Source of the DNA: Rickettsiales bacterium | Lineage (GTDB): Bacteria > Pseudomonadota > Alphaproteobacteria > Rickettsiales > UBA998 | DNA length: 64,000 bases | Direction of reading: 5' to 3' | Assembly: GCA_028279475.1 (NCBI GenBank) | Contig: JANQNR010000010.1 | Span: 91,692-155,691, forward strand | Shown: in pieces, positions 1 to 7,737 of the stretch | Position numbering within the stretch: position 1 is the first letter of the stretch | Layout of the letters: each line of letters opens with the position of its first letter | Made by a program: the position numbers and the translations under genes | The notes under the pieces: model-generated | What the model saw: only the letters and a program-made list of their open reading frames with translations | Databases searched by the model: none | Told to the model about the DNA's origin: nothing

Positions 1-659
1 TCAAGACGTTTGACTATTCGCTCTATGTCTCCCTTAAGGAATACAAAGCATTGGAAATCGAGCGCTTCGCCTCAGGAGATATTATCGCCTATGCGACCGT
101 GTTTCGCCCGGCGGAAGACATTATCACGATTGATCGGGGTGCGGCACCACGCCGTATGACGCCGCCGTCTCATGAAAAAACAAAGCCTGCCTCAAAAACG
201 CAGAACCCGCCGACAAAACCTACTGAAAAGCCGTCAACAACCTCAAAAATAAAATCAGAAGCCAATAATGCGCAGGATTCTGCTCAGATTTTTGAACTGC
301 CGGTACATACGCCTACCCCTGCTACCGTCCCGGCAAAACCGACGCCAGGATCTAACCGGCTCATTCCTGCCATGCCGCATGATGGCAATCATTCGGGTGC
401 AATTCAGGTGAATTTGCGTATGGCGTCCAAGCTGGTTGATGAGGCACTGCGCAATGATATGCGCGTGACCGATGTCATCCGCAAAGCGCTCGGGCTTGGG
501 GTTCATAATACGGATCAAGTTTCTTTCGACCTGCAACTCAGCGAGAAAGATTATAAGGTACTTGCCGACCGCTTTGATGTCGACCTGTCTGACAAAGATA
601 AAATCCACGAATTTATCATGGAAGAACTCAGCCACTTCACCGGTGAGCCGCAGGATTAA
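1..659 (+). CDS. Hypothetical protein, 5' end probably outside the window. Pro/Thr/Lys-rich low-complexity middle and two ribbon-helix-helix-like segments at the C-terminus
   Basis: The frame is open from nt 3 with no upstream stop; the ORF-track start at 51 is TTG. C-terminal segments IQVNLRMASKLVDEALRNDMRVTDVIRKAL and VSFDLQLSEKDYKVLADRF resemble RHH strand-helix-helix motifs. No family recognised. Confidence 0.5.
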   Translation, partial: KTFDYSLYVSLKEYKALEIERFASGDIIAYATVFRPAEDIITIDRGAAPRRMTPPSHEKTKPASKTQNPPTKPTEKPSTTSKIKSEANNAQDSAQIFELPVHTPTPATVPAKPTPGSNRLIPAMPHDGNHSGAIQVNLRMASKLVDEALRNDMRVTDVIRKALGLGVHNTDQVSFDLQLSEKDYKVLADRFDVDLSDKDKIHEFIMEELSHFTGEPQD

Positions 660-745
660 TTACCCGATTATCCCCTTAGCATACGTACAAATAAAGTGGC
701 AAAAACCCTATTCCCTGTTGTAGTATTTTTTGGTAGACTTGTCTT

Positions 746-1042
746 ATGGATAAAGAAGAAAAAGAACAAGTTATTGTTTCTAGTGATGAAAAAGCAGAAG
801 TGGTGCGTTTGCCTGTGCCGCCTGACAGGGCGGTACCTAAATTTTGCACCAGCATGAATCTTAACAGATTGAAAAACAATTCAATTATAGTATCTTTGAT
901 CTTTAGTGAGGAGCCAGAGTCAGCAGCATTGATAGAGAGAGTGGTGATAGGATTAGATCATGCAAAATCACTCCATGAAGTGCTTGGTAAGCTCTTAGAA
1001 GATGTAGAGAAAGAAAGAGAAGACAACGATGCAAATGATTGA
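746..1042 (+). CDS. Hypothetical small acidic protein (98 aa)
   Basis: ORF co-directional with its neighbours; its 3' end overlaps the next ORF by 14 nt. The region is AT-richer than its flanks. No recognisable family. Confidence 0.45.
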   Translation: MDKEEKEQVIVSSDEKAEVVRLPVPPDRAVPKFCTSMNLNRLKNNSIIVSLIFSEEPESAALIERVVIGLDHAKSLHEVLGKLLEDVEKEREDNDAND

Positions 1043-1238
1043 TTATAGCATTACTCCTACCCCTATTTATGTCGAATATCGAACGGCAGGAAAGATTGAA
1101 AGTATGCAGGAGTATAATACTTCATCTTCCGATCCTATTGATAAGATTCGCAATTATTTGGTGCACGAAATACGCGCGATTCGTTCTTTTAGGAAGAACT
1201 TGAAAGAAAACTATCCCGCCCTATTCCCCAATGGCTGA
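1029..1238 (+). CDS. Hypothetical small protein (69 aa)
   Basis: ORF overlapping the upstream and downstream ORFs by 14 nt and 8 nt, an operon-like arrangement. No recognisable family. Confidence 0.4.
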   Translation: MQMIDYSITPTPIYVEYRTAGKIESMQEYNTSSSDPIDKIRNYLVHEIRAIRSFRKNLKENYPALFPNG

Positions 1239-1524
1239 CATAGACGCACACGAACTGGCTGACCTAATCAAAGAATGGAAGGATGAGTATGCTGCTCTCA
1301 CCCGAGAAGTGGGAGATGCCTGCAAACAACTTGAAAACGCAAGAAGTGATTATGTGGCATATAAAGAAACATGGGGCGGGTGTATAAAACGACACATAGT
1401 CATCATTTGTGTGGTGCTCATATCATTTTTTGTTCTTTTAGCAAGCTGGAGGTATGAAAATTTCTCCATTAACTGGTGTAAATTTGAGCTTCGCAAACAA
1501 ACATGCCAAGAAGAAAATTTATAG
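1231..1524 (+). CDS. Hypothetical coiled-coil protein with a single transmembrane helix (97 aa)
   Basis: The N-terminal heptad-like segment ELADLIKEWKDEYAALTREVGDACKQLE is followed by the hydrophobic stretch HIVIICVVLISFFVLLASW. Last gene before a strong terminator. Confidence 0.45.
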   Translation: MADIDAHELADLIKEWKDEYAALTREVGDACKQLENARSDYVAYKETWGGCIKRHIVIICVVLISFFVLLASWRYENFSINWCKFELRKQTCQEENL

Positions 1525-1601
1525 CACGCTTTACTAGCGCTGACCTCAGATCTCATGTCATGGAAAACGTTTGATTCGTGATACTTTCCTGATAGTTAAG
1601 T

Positions 1602-1637
1602 GACCGTGGAGATGCAAATCCTCACGGTCTTTTTTTT
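1602..1637 (+). terminator. Rho-independent terminator closing the 1-1524 gene set
   Basis: The stem gaccgtg...cacggtc is followed by an 8-nt T-run at 1630-1637. Confidence 0.7.
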
Positions 1638-1651
1638 GTAGTATTTCTTAT

Positions 1652-1762
1652 TTTATTTCAGACAAGGAGTTCAAGGTGAGGAGAACGTAAGCGTAGTAGA
1701 CCTACGTGCGTACCGACGAATCCGATGGACGACGACGTATCAAATGAAATAGGGAATACTAC
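1652..1762. repeat. Dispersed ~110-bp imperfect palindromic element, family C copy 1
   Basis: Aligns by eye with 44582-44692. Shared blocks are ttttattt, ttcaaggtgaggag, ccgacgaatccga, aaatgaaa and gggaa(a)tacta. The inner hairpin cgtag/ctacg is replaced by cgtac/gtacg in the other copy. Outer ends pair (ttatttca with tgaaata). Confidence 0.5.
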
Positions 1763-1763
1763 A

Positions 1764-2204
1764 TTACCGCACCACCCCGTATTCATCCCAATCGACTCCA
1801 TCCTCTGACACGGTTTCCCCGCGCATGGAAGGGCCGTGCGTGTGGACGCGTTCGGTATCGCCGCACACCAGGTAATGCCAGTCCGGCAGGTCATACCCCT
1901 TTGCCACCAGCCGGTACGCGCAGGTGTGAGGCAACCAATGCAGCTCCTGCACATTCTGCGGCGTCACCTTTACACAATCGGGCACGTTTGTTTGGCGATT
2001 GGCGTAATCGGTGCAGCGGTGTGACTCCAGACACAAATATTCACAGGCAATATTGGATAAGGCCATGCGCCCGGTAGTGCCATCCTCAATGCGAATCTGA
2101 CAGCACAAGCCACAGCCATCACAGAGCGACTCCCATTCCTGCTCACTCATCTGCTCCATCGGTTTGGCGAGGAAGGCCGGTTGGTTCACGTCACCCCATC
2201 CCAA
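1764..2204 (-). CDS. ycgN: YcgN/UPF0260 family cysteine-cluster protein
   Basis: The motif EWESLCDGCGLCC, and WLPHTCAYRL...DLPDWH further on, match the E. coli YcgN pattern (AEWESLCDGCGQCC ... WLPMTCAYRLL...DLPAWH). Confidence 0.85.
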   Translation of the reverse strand: MGWGDVNQPAFLAKPMEQMSEQEWESLCDGCGLCCQIRIEDGTTGRMALSNIACEYLCLESHRCTDYANRQTNVPDCVKVTPQNVQELHWLPHTCAYRLVAKGYDLPDWHYLVCGDTERVHTHGPSMRGETVSEDGVDWDEYGVVR

Positions 2205-3106
2205 AACACTGCTGCCGGATTAGTGCCATACAGCACTTCCAGTGCCCGTAACCCGGTAGGCGACGTCACGTTGATTTCCGTCAGATACTCACCGATCAAA
2301 TCCAGCCCGGCGAAATACAGCCCCTTCGCCTGTAACTCCGGTGCAATGCGTTCACACAATGCCTGCTGCGTGGCATTCAGCTCTACCGCAACCGGACTGC
2401 CGCCAACGCGCATATTGGCACGAATTTCCCCTTGCGCAGGGTTACGGGCAAAAGCGCCCACCACCTGCCCACCGATCAGAATCACCCGGATATCCTGCGT
2501 GGCTACTTCCGGCAAAAACGGTTGGGCAATGATGGGTAATGGGTCACGCGCTTGCAGCATTTCCAGCAATGCCTGCACGTTGTCTCCGCCCTTACGCAAG
2601 CGCAACACCGCATGACCTCCCCAGCCATACAGTGGCTTGATGATGATGTCACCATGCCGCTCAAGAAACGCCAATATCGCGTCCTTATGCGATGTCATCA
2701 AGGTGTCGGGCATGGCATCGACATAATCCAACGGCAGTAACTTCTCCGCATGAGAACGCACGGCGGTGGGATCATTGAGCACCCGCGTGTCGCCACCAAT
2801 CCGATCCAGCCAGTAGGTCGCGGTGATATAGCCCATATCAAAGGGTGGGTCCTGACGCATTAGCACGACATCCATTGCCTGTAACGGCTGCTCCTGCTCG
2901 TCCCCTAATCGGAACCACGATTCGCCCTCCTCTACCGACAGAGGATACAACAACGCCCGCACCGCCCCCTCTTTCCAGCACAGTGATTCCGCCGCGTAGT
3001 AATACAGTGTGTATCCACGACGCGCCGCTTCCCGCAACAACACAATCGTCGAATCGCCTGCCGGGTTCAGCGTCTTCGGTGCATCCATCTGTATGGCTAT
3101 TTTCAT
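2186..3106 (-). CDS. gshB: Glutathione synthetase (prokaryotic ATP-grasp type)
   Basis: The N-terminus MKIAIQMDAPKTLNPAGDSTIVLLREAARRG and the ATP-grasp C-terminal half (IIKPLYGWGG, GEIRANMRVGG, YFAGLDLIGEYLTEINVTSP) are typical of GshB. Confidence 0.9.
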   Translation of the reverse strand: MKIAIQMDAPKTLNPAGDSTIVLLREAARRGYTLYYYAAESLCWKEGAVRALLYPLSVEEGESWFRLGDEQEQPLQAMDVVLMRQDPPFDMGYITATYWLDRIGGDTRVLNDPTAVRSHAEKLLPLDYVDAMPDTLMTSHKDAILAFLERHGDIIIKPLYGWGGHAVLRLRKGGDNVQALLEMLQARDPLPIIAQPFLPEVATQDIRVILIGGQVVGAFARNPAQGEIRANMRVGGSPVAVELNATQQALCERIAPELQAKGLYFAGLDLIGEYLTEINVTSPTGLRALEVLYGTNPAAVFWDGVT

Positions 3107-4341
3107 GCGCTCGCCTGCCCAGCGTCTTCATTGCACGCTTCGTGCTCGTAATGCTCATAAGCGGCGGCAACCGTGGCCAACCGACCAATCAGCCCCAGCC
3201 CGGCCTGCTGCGTAAACGCCTCCTCGCTGAACGGGTCAAACCGCATGCCGGACGCGTTGAGGTTCGTCTCTTCATCACGCCCTTCATTGATGCGCCACAC
3301 CTTGCCAACCGGCTCCCCACCAACCAGATACACGACCGGCTCCGCGATCTGCCCGTCCACCATATCCGTGGTTGGCACGCCTTCCTGAATGATGACATCG
3401 GTATTGTGCACCCCTTCCTTAATGACGTTCATCTTGTTGCGAGTTTTCTTGTTCATCTCGAACACTTCCTCACCGGATTTCACCGTCATGATGCCCATGC
3501 CATAGGTGCCGCTATCCGCTTTCACATACACATACGGGTCACGCGCAATCCCGTATTCCTCATATTTTTTGCGAATGGCGTGGATGGTTTTATCCACTCC
3601 GATCGCCACGCATTCCAGCCCTTTGCGCTCCTTGAAATTGATCTTGCCACAATGGTGAATGGTCGTGGAAAACAGCCAGGGGTCTAACGCGAAGGCACGG
3701 GCGAACTCATTGGCCACCTGGTTATACGCCGTGAAATGGACGCTCTTTCGGCGGCGATACCACCCCATCCCCGGCGGTGGAAAGACCGGCTGCCGGGCAT
3801 CACACAAAATTTTTGGACACCCGCTGCTGAGATCATTATTCACAAAGATCATATCCGGCACGAATCCGCTGAGCGTCCGTAACGTCGCCCCGTCCAATTC
3901 AATCGCTTCGCCTCGAATGGTGCCACCGTCCGTACGTTGCAACTCGATCGACGTTTCCTCTTCCGACAGATCGAACCGTCCCAGCGCCACCTCCAAGCCG
4001 GCGGCCTCACACATATCCATGATTACCTGTACATTATCGAAATAAGGCTGATTGCGCGTATGGCTCTCTGACATAATCAACACACGCTGCACCGAATAAG
4101 ACAGCGCATCCATATATGCCTGAAACGCCTGAGCGGCACGATCCTTACCGGCATCGGTCAAATTATTAAATCCGGCAGGAAACAAATTGGTATCGACGGG
4201 TGCCACCTTGAATCCGGCATGGCGAACATCGACTGAGCTATAAATCGGCACCTGCCGCAACCGATACGCCTTATCGAACCACGCGGCGATCTCATCGGTG
4301 CGATCATGGGATAATGTGTTCAGTGTTGTCAGTATATCCAT
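3103..4341 (-). CDS. Putative glutamate--cysteine ligase of the rare proteobacterial (Thiobacillus ferrooxidans-type) family. The call rests largely on coupling to gshB
   Basis: A ~410-aa ORF whose stop overlaps the gshB start by 4 nt. The N-terminal motif VDVRHAGFKVAPVDTNLFPAGFNNL is as I recall for that family. The start is placed at MDILTT (4341); the alternative at 4359 also avoids rsmE. Confidence 0.55.
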   Translation of the reverse strand: MDILTTLNTLSHDRTDEIAAWFDKAYRLRQVPIYSSVDVRHAGFKVAPVDTNLFPAGFNNLTDAGKDRAAQAFQAYMDALSYSVQRVLIMSESHTRNQPYFDNVQVIMDMCEAAGLEVALGRFDLSEEETSIELQRTDGGTIRGEAIELDGATLRTLSGFVPDMIFVNNDLSSGCPKILCDARQPVFPPPGMGWYRRRKSVHFTAYNQVANEFARAFALDPWLFSTTIHHCGKINFKERKGLECVAIGVDKTIHAIRKKYEEYGIARDPYVYVKADSGTYGMGIMTVKSGEEVFEMNKKTRNKMNVIKEGVHNTDVIIQEGVPTTDMVDGQIAEPVVYLVGGEPVGKVWRINEGRDEETNLNASGMRFDPFSEEAFTQQAGLGLIGRLATVAAAYEHYEHEACNEDAGQASA

Positions 4342-4382
4342 ATGGATTTTGCAGCGCATAGTAGTAGAATAAGCGATACTGT

Positions 4383-5135
4383 CTAGTACCAGTCCCCACA
4401 ATATAGTTGCAGTAGGGTTAAAGATGCAAGGGCAGCGGTGTCTGCGCGTAAAATACGGGGCCCCAATGACAGGCCCTGCGTAAAGTCATACTGTTTGAGC
4501 AAAGCAAATTCCTCTGGACTGAATCCGCCTTCCGGGCCAATCAGCATGGCCAATGGCGGTTGTTTATCTGCTAATAGCTGCGCTGCCGCCGCACCATTCC
4601 CCGACTCATCGCCGTAGATGAGGGGTATAAATTTTCCCTCTCCCAGAGGGAGAGGTTTTTTATCATCCCACCCCGCCAGCACTTCCGGCAATGGGCGGTA
4701 CGGTTCAATAACCGGAACATCCAGCCGCTGCGTCTGTTCCGCCGCTTCGATGGCATGAGCCTGCAACCGCTCATGGTTAACACGCGAGACAATGGTGCGC
4801 TGCGTCTTGACCGGCAACAGGCGTGATACGCCAAGCTCGGTGGCTTTTTCGACCAGATAATCAATCCGCCCGGCCTTGATCGGTGCGAACAGCAACCAGA
4901 TATCCGGGCTGGCGGTGAAGGGGCAAGTCTGTTCCGTCACCTCTAGCGTCACCTGCTTTTTGCGGATGTCCCGGATCACTGCGTGCCACTCCCCGTCGTG
5001 GCCATTGAACAACCGCACCGCATCGCCAGTTTTCAGGCGCATCACCTGCACCAGATAATGCGCCTGCTTTTCCGACACGGTCAGTGAAGCGCCTTTGTGA
5101 AGGGCATCGGTGATATAGAGGCGTGGGTTGGGCAT
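4383..5135 (-). CDS. rsmE: 16S rRNA (uracil1498-N3)-methyltransferase
   Basis: RLYITDALHKGASLTVSEKQAHYLVQVMRLKTGD is followed by the C-terminal SPOUT motifs LIGPEGGFSPEE and GPRILRADTAA. Confidence 0.9.
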   Translation of the reverse strand: MPNPRLYITDALHKGASLTVSEKQAHYLVQVMRLKTGDAVRLFNGHDGEWHAVIRDIRKKQVTLEVTEQTCPFTASPDIWLLFAPIKAGRIDYLVEKATELGVSRLLPVKTQRTIVSRVNHERLQAHAIEAAEQTQRLDVPVIEPYRPLPEVLAGWDDKKPLPLGEGKFIPLIYGDESGNGAAAAQLLADKQPPLAMLIGPEGGFSPEEFALLKQYDFTQGLSLGPRILRADTAALASLTLLQLYCGDWY

Positions 5136-5175
5136 GGAAATACTATAAATTGAAGTGATTTAATTCTCGGTATAC

Positions 5176-5306
5176 TATTCCCCCCTTGCGGGGGAGTCGA
5201 AGAGCCGGAGGCGATTCGGTGGGGGGTAGAATAATAGATACTACTTTTATGACCCCCCACCCAATCAGACGTTGTCCTCTTGGACTCCCCCGCAAGGGGG
5301 GAGTGG
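5176..5306. repeat. GC-rich nested palindromic element, family P copy 1
   Basis: A perfect 19-bp inverted repeat, ccccccttgcgggggagtc (5180-5198) and gactcccccgcaagggggg (5283-5301), encloses the inner IR ggtggggggt / accccccacc. A second copy lies at 42144-42277. Confidence 0.7.
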
Positions 5307-5402
5307 TATGCATGATGTTTCAAAGTTAGTATAAACGCCTAACAGTCAGCCATAAAAGTAAATCTTGTAGCGTACGCTCTCCATCTTTGTTAAAACGCAT
5401 GT

Positions 5403-6680
5403 ATGACCCAAACCGCATTACACCACACCACCGACATTCCCGCCCTGATGCACCAGATCGGCCAGCAGGCGAAGCAGGCGTACCGTGCGCTGGCGACTGC
5501 CACCCCGGAGGCCAAGAACGCAGCGCTGCACGCCGCCGCCGATGCGCTACTCGCGCGTACCACCGCCTTGCAGGAGGCCAACGCACAGGACATGGAGTTC
5601 GGGCGGCAAAAGGGACTATCCCACGCCATGCTCGACCGCCTGCTGCTCAACGATGCGCGTATTCAGGGGATGGCTGAGGGCCTGCGCGCCATTGCCGCCC
5701 TGCCCGACCCGGTCGGCCATGAGTTGGAACGCACCACCCAGCCTAACGGGTTGACCATCGCCAAAGTCTCCGTACCACTCGGCGTGATCGGCATCATCTA
5801 TGAATCGCGCCCGAACGTCACCGCCGACGCCGGAGGGCTGTGCCTGAAATCCGGCAATGCCGCCATTTTGCGCGGCGGATCGGAAAGCCTGCACTCTTCT
5901 TCCGCCATTGCCGCCTGCCTGCATGAAGGGTTGCAAGCCGCCGGACTGCCTGAATACGCGATCCAACTTATCCCCACCCGTGACCGCGCCGCCGTTGGTG
6001 AAATGCTCACCATGACGGACAGCATCGACATCATTGTACCACGCGGCGGCAAAGGGCTGACTGAGCGTATCGCCCGTGACAGCCGCATCCCCACCATCCA
6101 GCATCTGGACGGCAATTGCCATGTCTACGTGCATCGTTCCGCCGATGCGGACAAGGCCGTGCATATCATTCAGAATGCCAAATTGCGGCGCACCGGCATT
6201 TGCGGCGCGGCAGAATCGCTGGTCATCGACGAATCTATCATCGACGCACTGCTCCCCGACATCATCAACGCACTGGACGGCGTAGAGATACGCGGTGACG
6301 CACGGGCGCAGCAAGCAGATAGCCGTGTGGTATCGGCCTCCGATGCCGACTGGGGGCAGGAATATCTGGACGCCATCATTTCCGTAAAAACCGTATCCGG
6401 CATTGAAGACGCCATCGCCCATATCAACCATTACAGCTCGTACCATACCGATGCGATCATCGCTGAAGACACACAAGCTGTCGCCGCATTCCAGCAGCAG
6501 GTTGACAGCGCCATTGTGATGCATAACACCTCGACCCAGTTCGCCGATGGCGGTGAATTCGGCATGGGCGCAGAGATCGGCATTTCCACCGGACGCCTGC
6601 ACGCACGAGGCCCGGTCGGCTGCCGCGAACTCACCACCTACAAATATGTCGTCACCAGCGACGGCGCGGTGCGCGCTTAA
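5403..6680 (+). CDS. proA: Glutamate-5-semialdehyde dehydrogenase (gamma-glutamyl phosphate reductase)
   Basis: Full-length similarity pattern to ProA: [71 protein letters not shown]. Confidence 0.95.
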   Translation: MTQTALHHTTDIPALMHQIGQQAKQAYRALATATPEAKNAALHAAADALLARTTALQEANAQDMEFGRQKGLSHAMLDRLLLNDARIQGMAEGLRAIAALPDPVGHELERTTQPNGLTIAKVSVPLGVIGIIYESRPNVTADAGGLCLKSGNAAILRGGSESLHSSSAIAACLHEGLQAAGLPEYAIQLIPTRDRAAVGEMLTMTDSIDIIVPRGGKGLTERIARDSRIPTIQHLDGNCHVYVHRSADADKAVHIIQNAKLRRTGICGAAESLVIDESIIDALLPDIINALDGVEIRGDARAQQADSRVVSASDADWGQEYLDAIISVKTVSGIEDAIAHINHYSSYHTDAIIAEDTQAVAAFQQQVDSAIVMHNTSTQFADGGEFGMGAEIGISTGRLHARGPVGCRELTTYKYVVTSDGAVRA

Positions 6681-6750
6681 GCCAGGCAAACGAAAAAACA
6701 CTTGGCATCACCGGAAACGCTTGCTAGAAAAGCGTCTTGCTGTAGCGTGT

Positions 6751-6825
6751 TCCTCGGTAGCTCAGTGGTAGAGCAATCGGCTGTTAACCGATCGGTCGCT
6801 GGTTCGAATCCGGCCCGGGGAGCCA
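6751..6825 (+). tRNA. tRNA-Asn (anticodon GTT), CCA encoded
   Basis: Cloverleaf readable by eye. The acceptor stem tcctcgg/ccgggga has one G-U pair. The D arm is agctcagtggtagagc, the anticodon loop ctGTTaa, the T arm ggttcgaatcc, and the 3' end is gcca. Confidence 0.95.
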
Positions 6826-6961
6826 TTCTCAGGAAAACCGTCTCGTGAAAAATCTCCACCATCTTGAGCGGTTAAACAACACATACCACCTGAAACGCGC
6901 GCCATATACAGTTTCTTAACCCCCACCATGCACACTGATATTTTCAAGGTGGAGGAAAACG

Positions 6962-7711
6962 ATGCAAGCGTATGAAGTATTAGCGGGGGACATGATCTTC
7001 TCCGAAGGCGATCCTGGGGAATATGCCTGTATTATCCGTACTGGACGCGTGCAGATCCTCAAGCATACGAAACAGGGCGAAGTCGAACTGGCTGTATTGA
7101 AAGAAGGGGAAGTGTTCGGTGAGATGGCGCTGTTCGAACCGCGGGATGACCGCTCCGCCAGCGCCCGCGCATTGGATCACGTAATCGTCGATGTGTTGAG
7201 CGCCGGTGAAATGCAGGAGATGCTTCAGCAAGCACCACCATTGTTACAACCCTTCCTCACCGCAATGGTATCACGGCTGAGAGAAATGAACCGACGGCTG
7301 GCGGAAAAAGAGCGGGCAACGGTGTTGCTGGGTCATAGCATCAACGTGCTCCATATCACGCCTTCAGGGTCGCTCAAGAACAACATCGCTCCGTTTGAAC
7401 TAAAAACTGCGAATCTGCCATACACAATAGGCGGTTACGAAGACAATCTGCCGGAACCACCGCATAGCACCGATCTAGAGATTCCCTGCGACCCAGCACG
7501 GATGAATGTCAGCTATGAACATTGTTCCATCGAGAATCATGATGATGGGGTATATGTCGTGGATCACGGCAGTCGCTTCAAGACCACTGTCAACGACAAG
7601 CTGATTGGGCGGGGCGAAGCAACCACCAAGGCACTCCTGCTGCCGGGTGATAACGAAATCATTCTGGGTGATCCTTCGCAGGCGATGACACTATCAGTGC
7701 GTTGCGAATAA
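6962..7711 (+). CDS. Cyclic-nucleotide-binding domain protein with a C-terminal degenerate FHA domain
   Basis: The N-terminal cNMP-binding pattern is GDMIFSEGDPGEYACIIRTGRVQIL...GEVFGEMALF...RSASARA. The C-terminal FHA-like pattern is YTIGG...VSYEHCSI...VYVVDHGSRFKTTVNDKLI...LPGDNEIILGD. The SD ggagga lies upstream. Confidence 0.7.
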   Translation: MQAYEVLAGDMIFSEGDPGEYACIIRTGRVQILKHTKQGEVELAVLKEGEVFGEMALFEPRDDRSASARALDHVIVDVLSAGEMQEMLQQAPPLLQPFLTAMVSRLREMNRRLAEKERATVLLGHSINVLHITPSGSLKNNIAPFELKTANLPYTIGGYEDNLPEPPHSTDLEIPCDPARMNVSYEHCSIENHDDGVYVVDHGSRFKTTVNDKLIGRGEATTKALLLPGDNEIILGDPSQAMTLSVRCE

Positions 7712-7737
7712 TCGTCTAAGAGCCTGCTGTGACGTGA

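Noticed and set aside
5081-5323. 80-aa ORF (and 42130-42432, 100 aa) sharing SPLAGESKRT peptides
   Set aside because: Their similarity is produced by translating the family P palindromic repeat. There is no start context, and they overlap the intergenic hairpins.
5616-6701. 361-aa ORF on the minus strand
   Set aside because: It lies entirely antisense to the well-supported proA gene. Its Gly/Ala/Arg-rich composition is typical of a shadow frame in GC-rich coding sequence, and it has no recognisable motifs.
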